DNA from: Candidatus Saccharimonadota bacterium
GTDB taxonomy: Bacteria > Patescibacteriota > Saccharimonadia > Saccharimonadales > JAGQNJ01
Reading direction: 5' to 3'
Assembly: GCA_020428405.1 (NCBI GenBank)
Contig: JAGQMZ010000002.1
Location: 33-64,032 of the forward strand
DNA length: 64,000 nucleotides
Numbering within the stretch: position 1 is the first letter of the stretch; each line of letters starts with the position of its first letter. Both the position numbers and the translations under genes were made by a program. Under the pieces are notes generated by a model that saw only the letters and a list, made by a program, of their open reading frames with translations, had not been told where the DNA came from and did no database searches. Of this stretch, positions 1 through 6,765 are shown in pieces.

Positions 1-291
1 GGGCCAATGGAGTACAACCTTGATAGTGGCTTTGCACTGCCAGTTGTTGATGACTGGGGTACCCTAGCTTACATTAATCCGGCTGTACACAACCCATCAG
101 CTGCTGCTTGGGGTGTGGCTGACCAGGTCGGCTTCCTCTTTTCGGACTTCTCGGCTGGGTCACCTGGCGTGGTGGCGTTCAGTCGGGGTGGCCCTTGGGT
201 CAATGGCCCTTATTCGGGGCTGTTTACGCTTGGTCTTGTTTATACGCCGTCCGACTTCTCTCCGTCTGTCGGGTTCCGGGCTGCCCTGTGA
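1..291 (+). CDS. C-terminal part of a DGR-type variable (target) protein with C-type-lectin/FGE-like fold; 5' end lies outside the window
   Basis: Frame is open from base 1. The tail AAAWGVADQVGFLFSDF...FSRGGPW...SVGFRAAL* resembles the WG..D..GN..EW / RGGSW / GFR C-terminus of FGE/CLec DGR targets. The last ~170 nt are GC-rich and A-poor, and an Avd-like gene follows. Confidence 0.55.
   Translation, partial: GPMEYNLDSGFALPVVDDWGTLAYINPAVHNPSAAAWGVADQVGFLFSDFSAGSPGVVAFSRGGPWVNGPYSGLFTLGLVYTPSDFSPSVGFRAAL
110..291 (+). other. Putative DGR variable region (VR)
   Basis: Only 14 A in 171 nt (121-291) by my count, in an otherwise A/T-rich window. It sits at the extreme 3' end of the CLec-like ORF, as in known DGR targets. 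The 5' boundary is approximate because no TR copy is available to align. Confidence 0.45.
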
Positions 292-352
292 ATACCTTGT
301 CGCTTGATGCTTATTGCTTGACTGCTTAGGGCTTAACTTCTTGTCTTTTATT

Positions 353-382
353 GTCCGATTCCTGCCCCGCAGGACATCGGAC
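353..382. promoter_or_regulatory. GC-rich hairpin/cruciform downstream of the VR
   Basis: GTCCGATTCCTGC-ccc-GCAGGA(c)ATCGGAC gives a 13-bp stem with one bulge, about 60 nt after the stop codon. Its position matches the hairpin that supports target recognition in the Bordetella phage DGR. Confidence 0.35.
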
Positions 383-418
383 CATTCATATATCATGTAA
401 CTATAGGTTCTATTTGTA

Positions 419-793
419 ATGACACGCATTAAACCAAAATCTATGACCGCACCAGATGACCTGATTTTGTATACCAAAATGGTTGATTTCTTGAGCTGGT
501 TATTCCCAATTCTTAATACCTTTCCAAAAAACCAGCGTCTAGTGTTGCAGCAGCAACTGGGTAATAGCGCCCTGGATTGTCTGCGTCTGATTATTAGTGC
601 CCGTAACGCCCGCTTGCCAAGACGCAAGGCCAGTTTGTTGTTTGAGCTTAATGTTGAGTTTGAAGTTCTACGTAAACTTTTAACAGTTGCTCATACCATC
701 GGCTTCTTAAATGCCAAACGCACTGAAAATGGCATGGGACAGCTATTAGAACTTGGCAAGATGACCGGTGGCTGGCTAAAACGCTACGAGTAA
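419..793 (+). CDS. avd: Avd-like four-helix-bundle protein (DGR accessory variability determinant / 23S rRNA IVS protein family)
   Basis: 124 aa and basic. DLILYTKMVDFLSWLFPILNTFPKNQRLVLQQQLGNSALDCLRLI matches the ..Y.....L......FPK.E...L..Q..R.. pattern of the family. Located immediately downstream of the VR-like gene end. Confidence 0.6.
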   Translation: MTRIKPKSMTAPDDLILYTKMVDFLSWLFPILNTFPKNQRLVLQQQLGNSALDCLRLIISARNARLPRRKASLLFELNVEFEVLRKLLTVAHTIGFLNAKRTENGMGQLLELGKMTGGWLKRYE

Positions 794-797
794 TACC

Positions 798-834
798 TTG
801 ACACATAATTAATACTTACATACAATTAGTATTA
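798..834 (+). promoter_or_regulatory. Promoter plus inverted-repeat operator of the toxin-antitoxin pair
   Basis: TTGACA (798-803), N17, TACAAT (821-826). The 7-bp inverted repeat TAATACT (810-816) / AGTATTA (828-834) brackets the -10 box just before the antitoxin ATG. Confidence 0.45.
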
Positions 835-836
835 CT

Positions 837-1076
837 ATGATGTATACAAATTCAATTACCCCAAAAGGTCAAGTTACGATCCCAAAGGCTCTTAGAGATA
901 AGATTGGCTTAAAGCCTGGACAGTCGGCTCGGTTTGAGTTGCTTGATGAGCGTACTATTGTTATTCGTAAGCCATTGACCGACGAACAGGTTCGCCGTGT
1001 TGTTGGACCACCACGTGGTGATCAGCCTCTTACTGATAAAGAAAAAGCTCGCCTTAAAGCCCGAGGGCTGCTTTAA
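837..1076 (+). CDS. AbrB/MazE/SpoVT-family antitoxin
   Basis: ITPKGQVTIPKALRDKIGLKPGQSARFELLDERTIVI is a typical SpoVT/AbrB swapped-hairpin motif. It lies 2 nt upstream of the PIN gene. Confidence 0.8.
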   Translation: MMYTNSITPKGQVTIPKALRDKIGLKPGQSARFELLDERTIVIRKPLTDEQVRRVVGPPRGDQPLTDKEKARLKARGLL

Positions 1077-1078
1077 CT

Positions 1079-1456
1079 ATGACCTTACTTGACGCAAACT
1101 ACTTTTTGCGTTGGTTTTTAAATGATGTACCGAGTCAAAATAAAATCGTAAAGCAAACACTCGCCCAGGCTGAGCCAGACAGTCTCATGATGGATAGAAT
1201 TACATTAGCTGAAGTTACCTATGTTCTTAGGAGTCTTGGTTACAATCATCAGCAAGTGGTGATGGCTATAAAAGAATTCTACCTTGTTGCTTCAGTAAAA
1301 CCATTGGACAAGACCCTGAGCTTGGCTCTGGATATTTTTGAAGGCACTAGTCTTGATTTTGAAGATTGTTGGTTGGCCGCAAAAGTAAAAGATGCGGATA
1401 TGTCGTTAGCGTCGTTTGATAAGCAATTGCAAAGATTTGTCAGTAGTCTTGCTTAG
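1079..1456 (+). CDS. vapC: PIN-domain toxin (VapC-like ribonuclease)
   Basis: LLDANYFL (N-terminal Asp), LAEV, DFEDCWLAA and SFDKQL give the acidic residue spacing of a PIN domain. Paired with an AbrB-type antitoxin. Confidence 0.7.
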   Translation: MTLLDANYFLRWFLNDVPSQNKIVKQTLAQAEPDSLMMDRITLAEVTYVLRSLGYNHQQVVMAIKEFYLVASVKPLDKTLSLALDIFEGTSLDFEDCWLAAKVKDADMSLASFDKQLQRFVSSLA

Positions 1457-1460
1457 CTAC

Positions 1461-2312
1461 TTAGGCTTGTTCCCAGATTTCTTTAGTCAGCACGTTATAA
1501 CGCCTGAGCTTGTCTATAGTCGTAAACCGTACATCTGGTCGGTCTTTATCATCTCGATCCCAGTCCTCGCTAATTAACCCTCTGGTTCGCTGTTTGGCGT
1601 ATATTAAGTCTGTTAGCGTTGCACATACAAGTAGCATCGTCGGTCGTGGATTACCGGTTCGTTCGTTCCACTCATCAATTTCATCTTCAAAGTACTGGAC
1701 GTAGTTCTTTAGTCGCTTACGTAAACGGTAGTGCGGTAGGGTTGCCTCAAAGATTTCTAGTATGTAGCTACTTTGAACTGAATTTGGGTCGGCAAGTTCG
1801 TCAGTCTCACATTTATGGAAGCAGAGGTCAGGATTAATGAGTTCGCTGTCATTCATGAGGTCGTAATACCGTTCATCCTGATAATCCGCTCGAGTCTCGT
1901 AGTAATAACAGGTCGTGTGGTGGTAGCTGGCGTGTCGTGTATCATCAAGCTCAATGCAGCAGTTCGCTATATCTAAACAACTGTCAATAAAGCTCTGGCT
2001 GCGTTCATTATCGCGGTAGCGTATAGCAAGTCCATCTTCTGGGGCAAACGGTAGGTTTCGCAGGTGTCGGATACCATTAATCCCCATATAATAAATGGCT
2101 GGCTTAGTTTTATCCGCAAAGTGGTCTTTGTTATAAATCCAACATATGTAGTCTTTAGAGCGTAGGTCTTTAAGCCATAGGTTTATTGTTTTCTTATCTT
2201 TATGCTTCATCATTGTTTGTATTTGAATTCTTGTTAAGAAACGAAAGCTGTATAGTAAATTAATAATTTGTTTTTGTTTAGGTGTTATTTTTGGCAGCGA
2301 TTCTATTTTCAT
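1461..2312 (-). CDS. Replication-relaxation (Replic_Relax) family protein, plasmid/mobile-element associated
   Basis: The N-terminal wHTH-like ITPKQKQIINLLYSFRFLTRIQIQTMM...WLKDLRSKDYI resembles the L..RD..IL..L...R.LT..Q pattern of that family. Assigned from memory of the family, not from a search. Confidence 0.45.
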   Translation of the reverse strand: MKIESLPKITPKQKQIINLLYSFRFLTRIQIQTMMKHKDKKTINLWLKDLRSKDYICWIYNKDHFADKTKPAIYYMGINGIRHLRNLPFAPEDGLAIRYRDNERSQSFIDSCLDIANCCIELDDTRHASYHHTTCYYYETRADYQDERYYDLMNDSELINPDLCFHKCETDELADPNSVQSSYILEIFEATLPHYRLRKRLKNYVQYFEDEIDEWNERTGNPRPTMLLVCATLTDLIYAKQRTRGLISEDWDRDDKDRPDVRFTTIDKLRRYNVLTKEIWEQA

Positions 2313-2435
2313 ATGCCAAACCCTCCTACTCCGTTATATATAAAAGTAGGTACCACTATATTCCTAAACTAACAGATTGACACAAGCGTTATTCTGCCAT
2401 CGCCCATGGGGGCAAAATACATAGGCAATTTTGTA

Positions 2436-2524
2436 TTGACATGAGCATTATTGTAGCGTAGTATGTTTCATGAAGACCTTCGGCACCGTAGTTTATAAGC
2501 TACCCAGCGGAAGGCCTTTTTTAT
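2436..2524 (+). ncRNA. Candidate small RNA (promoter-hairpin-U tract unit) or 26-aa mini-ORF
   Basis: TTGACA (2436-2441), N17, TAGTAT (2459-2464). About 55 nt follow, with nested stems GACCTTCGGC...GCGGAAGGCC and GTAG...CTAC, then TTTTTTATTT. Confidence 0.2.
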
Positions 2525-2563
2525 TTGAGCTTATCTATCGAAAAGACTGACATAAAATATTTC

Positions 2564-2758
2564 CTATCGCTTTTGTTTTACATGATCCCAGAAAATATTT
2601 ATAAATATCTTATCTTTTTTAAAATAAGCAGAGCGAATATAGGCTTGGAGTCTTGGTGAACGTTTCTGAATAGCATGGTATTCTTTACGTGCTGCTTTCA
2701 TTACTTCTTTATGTGAAGTGCCTGGAAGCTTTCCGTATTTTGATTTATGTACTCTCAT
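2564..2758 (-). CDS. Hypothetical basic 64-aa protein
   Basis: ORF only, with no family recognised. Lies just downstream of the IS1595 transposase on the same strand. Confidence 0.3.
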   Translation of the reverse strand: MRVHKSKYGKLPGTSHKEVMKAARKEYHAIQKRSPRLQAYIRSAYFKKDKIFINIFWDHVKQKR

Positions 2759-2790
2759 TATTACCTACTACCTTAGCATAATGTTACTAT

Positions 2791-3749
2791 TAAATTATGG
2801 GTAAAAAGAAGTTCCTAGATCTTATTAAGCTCGCGGCGCAGCCTTTGCCAAAAGGAGCGAAAACACGTTTTGATGACGATGATTATAACGAAAGGCAAAC
2901 TCTGAAACGTACGAATGAAGCCAGTAAGGCGAAACAGAATGGTAAGTCCCATTCACAGAACGCTTCAACTGACCGAAAAAGCCCTCGACGTGGTTCGTCG
3001 TAACACCATTCTTTACGAACTCTTTTGCAATATGCCTGACTGACTCATGTTCAAATACAACTCGTACACGTAAATGCTTATAGATCTTGCTTTCATCAGT
3101 GTGAAGCATAGAACCAGGTCTTACATTTGATTCCAAGAACGGTACGGCTGTGTCTGAGTTGGCTTTCGGTACCACGGCTGTTCTAACATGTCCACCAACT
3201 TCCAGAGCTGCTAAAACTGGTGTTTTGTTGTCACCTTTCTTACTTTGTTTACTCTTACCGCCAATATATGCCTCATCTACTTCAATTGGGGTGCCTAAAA
3301 AACCAAGTTTGCCACTTTCATTCATGAGTATGCGTATCATCTTGGCCATACGGTGGGCTGTTTTATAACTGACGCGTACTTGTCGTTCTATTTCCTTAGC
3401 GCTGACCCCATTCTTGGATACAGAGAACAGGTACAATGCATGGAACCAGTCTGTGAGTGGTGTAGTAGATTTTTCAAAAATAGTGCCAGCTAGCGGATAT
3501 ATCTGATGTCTACATTCCTTACAGACAAAAGACATGCGTTGTTTAACTCTGTAATACTTTGGACTAACGATACCGCAGTGCGGACAGGCCTTCATGCCAC
3601 CGTAGCGTGCATCAAAAAGATATTGCAGGCATGCATCATCATCCGTAAATTGTGCTTGCATATCTTTTAGCGTATATCTCATAGTGTTGCTCTACTTGTC
3701 TACAAGTACATTATAACACTTAAGAACGTGTACATATTGTTGTAAAATA
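2791..3749 (-). mobile_element. IS1595-family insertion sequence (ends approximate)
   Basis: An 8-bp direct repeat GTTACTAT at 2783-2790 and 3750-3757 flanks the transposase gene, and IS1595 elements typically make 8-bp duplications. I could not identify convincing terminal inverted repeats. Confidence 0.4.
2825..3682 (-). CDS. IS1595-family (ISXO2-like) DDE transposase
   Basis: N-terminal zinc ribbon CPHCG...CKECRH, then VEVDEAYIGG...HTDE...TNHVEGFFGQLKR...YVSEFAFRYNHR, the characteristic IS1595 transposase layout. Confidence 0.9.
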   Translation of the reverse strand: MRYTLKDMQAQFTDDDACLQYLFDARYGGMKACPHCGIVSPKYYRVKQRMSFVCKECRHQIYPLAGTIFEKSTTPLTDWFHALYLFSVSKNGVSAKEIERQVRVSYKTAHRMAKMIRILMNESGKLGFLGTPIEVDEAYIGGKSKQSKKGDNKTPVLAALEVGGHVRTAVVPKANSDTAVPFLESNVRPGSMLHTDESKIYKHLRVRVVFEHESVRHIAKEFVKNGVTTNHVEGFFGQLKRSVNGTYHSVSPYWLHSYVSEFAFRYNHRHQNVFSLLLAKAAPRA

Positions 3750-3825
3750 GTTACTATGTGTATAAGTGAATAATGAGCAAAATCAGCCCATCTGTTTACT
3801 TGTTCTGACTACACACTCCTCGGAT

Positions 3826-3860
3826 AAATAAAAAGCTGCTCCTATTTCAGAGCAGCTTTT
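3826..3860 (-). terminator. Intrinsic terminator after rplL
   Basis: Perfect 10-bp stem AAAAGCTGCT / AGCAGCTTTT with a 10-nt loop, followed on the minus strand by a T-rich run, 24 nt after the rplL stop. Confidence 0.7.
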
Positions 3861-3883
3861 AGTTATTGGGCAACGTAGACTAT

Positions 3884-4270
3884 TTAAGCAAGCTCTACAG
3901 TTGCACCAGCCTCTTCTAGAGACTTCTTAGCAGCTTCTGCATCTTCTTTGCTAGCTTTTTCTACAACTGGCTTTGGTGCGCCATCAACGATAGCTTTTGC
4001 TTCACCCAGTCCAAGACCAGTAATTTCTTTAACAGCTTTAATAACTGCTACTTTTTGTGCACCAGCATCTTTAAGGACAACATCAAATTCGCTCTTTTCT
4101 TCTGCTGCACCAGCGTCGTCACCACCAGCGGCTGGGCCAGCGACCGCTACTGCAGCTGCTGCCGCAGGCTCAATGCCGTACTCGTCTTTTAGGATAGTTT
4201 TTAGTTCGTTTACCTCTAGAACAGTTAAGCTTGTTAGCTCTTCTGCTAGTTTTTTAAGATCTTTTGCCAT
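3884..4270 (-). CDS. rplL: 50S ribosomal protein L7/L12 (bL12)
   Basis: Ala/Glu-rich hinge followed by [41 protein letters not shown]. Confidence 0.97.
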   Translation of the reverse strand: MAKDLKKLAEELTSLTVLEVNELKTILKDEYGIEPAAAAAVAVAGPAAGGDDAGAAEEKSEFDVVLKDAGAQKVAVIKAVKEITGLGLGEAKAIVDGAPKPVVEKASKEDAEAAKKSLEEAGATVELA

Positions 4271-4292
4271 CTTCTTCTGCGCCTAAGGGCTT

Positions 4293-4370
4293 ATGAGACA
4301 AACCTACGGTTTTTCTCATCGTGCCGGGCAAAAAATGTGATTTTTGCTCAGGCTGCTCTTTTCCCTTAAG
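4293..4370. repeat. Copy A of a ~78-nt structured intergenic repeat (rplJ-rplL spacer)
   Basis: About 68 of 78 aligned positions are identical to 12617-12691 by eye. Hairpins are ATGAGAcAAACC-tac-GGTTTtTCTCAT and GCAAAAA-n5/6-TTTTTGC. A diverged third copy lies at 58801-58880. Confidence 0.6.
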
Positions 4371-4396
4371 CTCTCCTTTCTTAATCGTTAGTATTA

Positions 4397-4921
4397 TTAG
4401 GCTGTTGCCTTTGTTTCTACACCATCAAGTAGTGCGTGTAAGTTGCCAGAAAGTGCATTTGTAACATCGTTAAGTGGCGATGCTAGAGTTGCAATTACTT
4501 GAGCAATTAGCTCATTCTTACTTGGCAAGTCTGCTAGTGCCTTGACATCGTCTGCGCCAAGGAACTGACCATCTGCAGTAATAGCTCCAACAAATTGTAT
4601 GCTGGGATTCTTTTTTGCAAATGTTGATAGGTTTTGGGCTGGAGCAACTTCGTCATCGCCATTAAAGGCATACAAAAGCTGTCCTTTTAATTCGCTTAAA
4701 TCAACGTTTTTTAAGTTTTCGTTGTTTTGAACGGCCTTAATTATAAGACGGTTCTTAACAACCTTAATCTTCGTTCCGCTTAATTTAGCGTTTCTGCGGA
4801 GCTCTTGAAGTGCTTTTACGCCTGTTCCTTGATATGACGCCACAACCGTAAGTTTTGACTCGCTTAGTAAGGTAGTAATTTCATCGACAACTGATTGCTT
4901 TTGTTCTTTGGTTAAAGCCAT
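4397..4921 (-). CDS. rplJ: 50S ribosomal protein L10 (uL10)
   Basis: MALTKEQKQSVVDEI...VASYQGTGVKALQELRR is typical of L10, and the gene sits upstream of rplL. Confidence 0.95.
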   Translation of the reverse strand: MALTKEQKQSVVDEITTLLSESKLTVVASYQGTGVKALQELRRNAKLSGTKIKVVKNRLIIKAVQNNENLKNVDLSELKGQLLYAFNGDDEVAPAQNLSTFAKKNPSIQFVGAITADGQFLGADDVKALADLPSKNELIAQVIATLASPLNDVTNALSGNLHALLDGVETKATA

Positions 4922-5143
4922 AGTTTTATGAATCCTTTACCTTAAATTTATATCGACCTGAGTGTTAATGTTCTTCTACCAAAAAAGCCTTTGGTTGGCC
5001 AAAGACTTCTTAATATACGATTTTGCTTTTATCTTTTATAAATAACGGCTTCTCGTACCTCGGTAGCATTCTTAAGTGGTTACACCGCTACTGTCTTTGG
5101 TAAAATGTACCTGAATTATATCAATTCTTTAGGGTAATATCAA
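4922..5143 (-). promoter_or_regulatory. rplJ promoter and L10-leader-like structured 5' UTR with attenuator hairpin
   Basis: TTGATA (5138-5143), N17, TATAAT (5115-5120) on the minus strand. The ~190-nt leader contains GUCUUUGG-ccaa-CCAAAGGC plus UUUUUU (4981-5007). This hairpin's G-U pair works only in minus sense. SD is AAGGTAAAGGA. Confidence 0.5.
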
Positions 5144-5595
5144 GCAATATGATTATTTTCTAAATGTTCTAACTTTTTTCTTAAAACTGGGTTTAGGCCA
5201 GTTTGGCGAGATCGAAAAAGCACTTCCTGAAATTTTCCATTATCTGGATTTTCGGTGTTGGCCACTGCTTTATTAGCAACATCTAATATATCATCAACAT
5301 CTACAACTGCAAGAATACCTTCATATGTATTGATACTTAAAGAAGCGTACAGTCTGTTGAATCTGGCTGCAATCTCAAGCGAATCTCCATCTTCAAAACT
5401 TGCAGTTGTAGCCATTGCTAAGTGTCCTGCAAATTGTTCTCGCTCAGCTCCTTCCATTCGGCTAAACTCGGCTACAATTTGCCTATCCGTTATAGTTTGC
5501 TCCCGTTGCATCCTTAACTTATCCGCAATGCTCGCTTGCAAATCTACTACCGGGTCTCGTTGTATTACTTGATAGCTTTCTACTTCGGTTAACAT
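5140..5595 (-). CDS. Hypothetical acidic protein (151 aa)
   Basis: ORF with SD-like GAAAGGAA upstream. No family recognised. Preceded by the Ile-rich leader unit. Confidence 0.5.
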   Translation of the reverse strand: MLTEVESYQVIQRDPVVDLQASIADKLRMQREQTITDRQIVAEFSRMEGAEREQFAGHLAMATTASFEDGDSLEIAARFNRLYASLSINTYEGILAVVDVDDILDVANKAVANTENPDNGKFQEVLFRSRQTGLNPVLRKKLEHLENNHIA

Positions 5596-5610
5596 ATATT
5601 CCTTTCAATT

Positions 5611-5746
5611 TAAAAACCCCGCTGTTGCGGGGTTTGGGTTACTTTAACAATAACATTAATCCCGCGGTGGCGAGTTCTTAATAATTGCAATAATTATTGA
5701 TTGTGTCATCGGTAAAGTTTATACTCCTTACACAATTATCTGTCAA
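5611..5746 (-). promoter_or_regulatory. Candidate leader-peptide transcription attenuator (Ile type)
   Basis: TTGACA (5741-5746), N17, TATAAA (5718-5723). The ATG lies 8 nt after the -10. The 17-codon ORF is followed by the terminator AACCCCGC-aaca-GCGGGGTT plus TTTTT (5611-5634). GCGGG in the last codons can pair with the terminator 5' arm CCCGC. Confidence 0.45.
5656..5709 (-). CDS. 17-codon Ile-rich leader peptide candidate (MTQSIIIAIIKNSPPRD)
   Basis: 5 of 17 codons are Ile (ATA/ATT). Leaderless spacing from the -10 box. The stop lies about 20 nt before the terminator stem. Confidence 0.4.
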   Translation of the reverse strand: MTQSIIIAIIKNSPPRD

Positions 5747-5961
5747 GCTGGCAAATGGGCTCGATTAGGTGGAGTTACATGCGTAATGACTTCTGGAATG
5801 TCTACTTCCCCAGCTGCACTTAGTACAACCCCACCTACGACTTTAGCTGAATCAACTTCGTATGATTCCTGTTCTTTGTTGGCAGAGCCTATCATTGTCT
5901 GTACATCTTTTTTGCACACCTCAGCCCATCTTGAATCCATAGGGTCTTTAATTTCTTCCAT
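5743..5961 (-). CDS. Hypothetical acidic protein (72 aa)
   Basis: ORF with SD GAGAGGAAA upstream and a structured leader at 5962-6110. No family recognised. Confidence 0.4.
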   Translation of the reverse strand: MEEIKDPMDSRWAEVCKKDVQTMIGSANKEQESYEVDSAKVVGGVVLSAAGEVDIPEVITHVTPPNRAHLPA

Positions 5962-6126
5962 TTTTTTCCTCTCAAAGTTAAATAACTCTAAACTTACTTA
6001 AGGCTGTTTAGCTTTGACTTACGGTTTAGTTTGCACAAGCAAAGCACAGCCTGTTCAGGCTAAGGAGTGTTAGTGGTTGCCGTGCTTTATTTATCATTAC
6101 ATATAAATTATCAAATAATATTCTAC

Positions 6127-6310
6127 TTGACAACAAGCTTTAACAGCAGTAATTTAATATATGTGAGCTATTTCAACACAGTTATTGCCAAGATTTGCAT
6201 GAGCCACCGATATGGCTTTGTGCTCGTCATGCAATAAGGTGTTGGATTTGGTTCAGTAAAGCGACAATTTAGAAAAATGAAGCCGAATCCAAACAAGGGT
6301 TCGGCTTTTT
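6127..6310 (+). promoter_or_regulatory. Promoter plus structured leader ending in an intrinsic terminator, upstream of a hypothetical gene
   Basis: TTGACA (6127-6132), N17, TAATTT (6150-6155). The ~150-nt leader ends with GCCGAAUCC-aaacaa-GGGUUCGGC (6282-6305) plus TTTTT. Confidence 0.4.
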
Positions 6311-6329
6311 AATGAAAGGTATACAGATA

Positions 6330-6755
6330 ATGACATTACTAGAGACGGATTTAACACCCGAAATAATGAAGCTTGATACTGACGCATTGATTGGCTATGA
6401 AATGACTACTTCTAGGGAAAGGCTTAGAGATTTTTTCAATAACCCAAAAAGGAATACAATTGACTCAGATGTAGGCTATGCGGTTGTTATGTCTGATTAT
6501 TTGAACACTATTCAGAAGTACTGGTATGAACAAGATGCAGCTACGAAATATGAAGTAATAGAAGAATTGCCAAGGAGAATTAAAGCAGAGGCTCAAATGT
6601 TTTTTGAGAGTGTTGAGCCAATTGATGAAATTGCTAATAGAGTTAACACTTATCTAAATGATCAGACTGCTAATAGTCTTAAACAAAGAGGGATTTCTCA
6701 GTATCCTAGAGCAACAACCATGACTTTACTTGATATATTTGACGATTATCGTTAG
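6330..6755 (+). CDS. Hypothetical acidic protein (141 aa; track start 6312 is less likely)
   Basis: The second ATG (6330) has AAAGG 9-14 nt upstream. The first ATG abuts the terminator U-tract. Confidence 0.5.
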   Translation: MTLLETDLTPEIMKLDTDALIGYEMTTSRERLRDFFNNPKRNTIDSDVGYAVVMSDYLNTIQKYWYEQDAATKYEVIEELPRRIKAEAQMFFESVEPIDEIANRVNTYLNDQTANSLKQRGISQYPRATTMTLLDIFDDYR

Positions 6756-6765
6756 TTCAATTATT

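Noticed and set aside
171-180. GTGGCGTTC in the VR matching the attenuator box GTGGCGTTCTA
   Set aside because: It is a 9-nt match on the opposite strand in an unrelated coding context, so most likely coincidence.
160-627. 155-aa minus-strand ORF spanning the VR, hairpin and avd start
   Set aside because: It is antisense to two better-supported features, has an Arg-rich low-complexity translation typical of reading a GC-rich region backwards, and has no start context.
794-2560. A DGR template repeat (TR) or reverse transcriptase downstream of avd
   Set aside because: I looked for an A-rich near-copy of 110-291 and for RT motifs. None is present, and the region encodes a TA pair and a Replic_Relax-like protein instead.
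2759-3800. Terminal inverted repeats of the IS1595 element
   Set aside because: Only a weak 7-8 nt match (GCATAATGTT versus ACATTATAAC) was found, so the IS boundaries rest only on the 8-bp direct repeat and remain approximate.
3948-4286. Long antisense or out-of-frame ORFs inside highly conserved genes. Examples: 3948-4286, 10821-11054, 34922-35335, 35647-35946, 37426-37728, 34819-35055, 42294-42575, 48226-48576, 57935-58366
   Set aside because: Each lies wholly within a gene whose translation is unmistakable (r-proteins, EF-G, RpoC and others). Their products are low-complexity with no motifs, so they are shadow ORFs.
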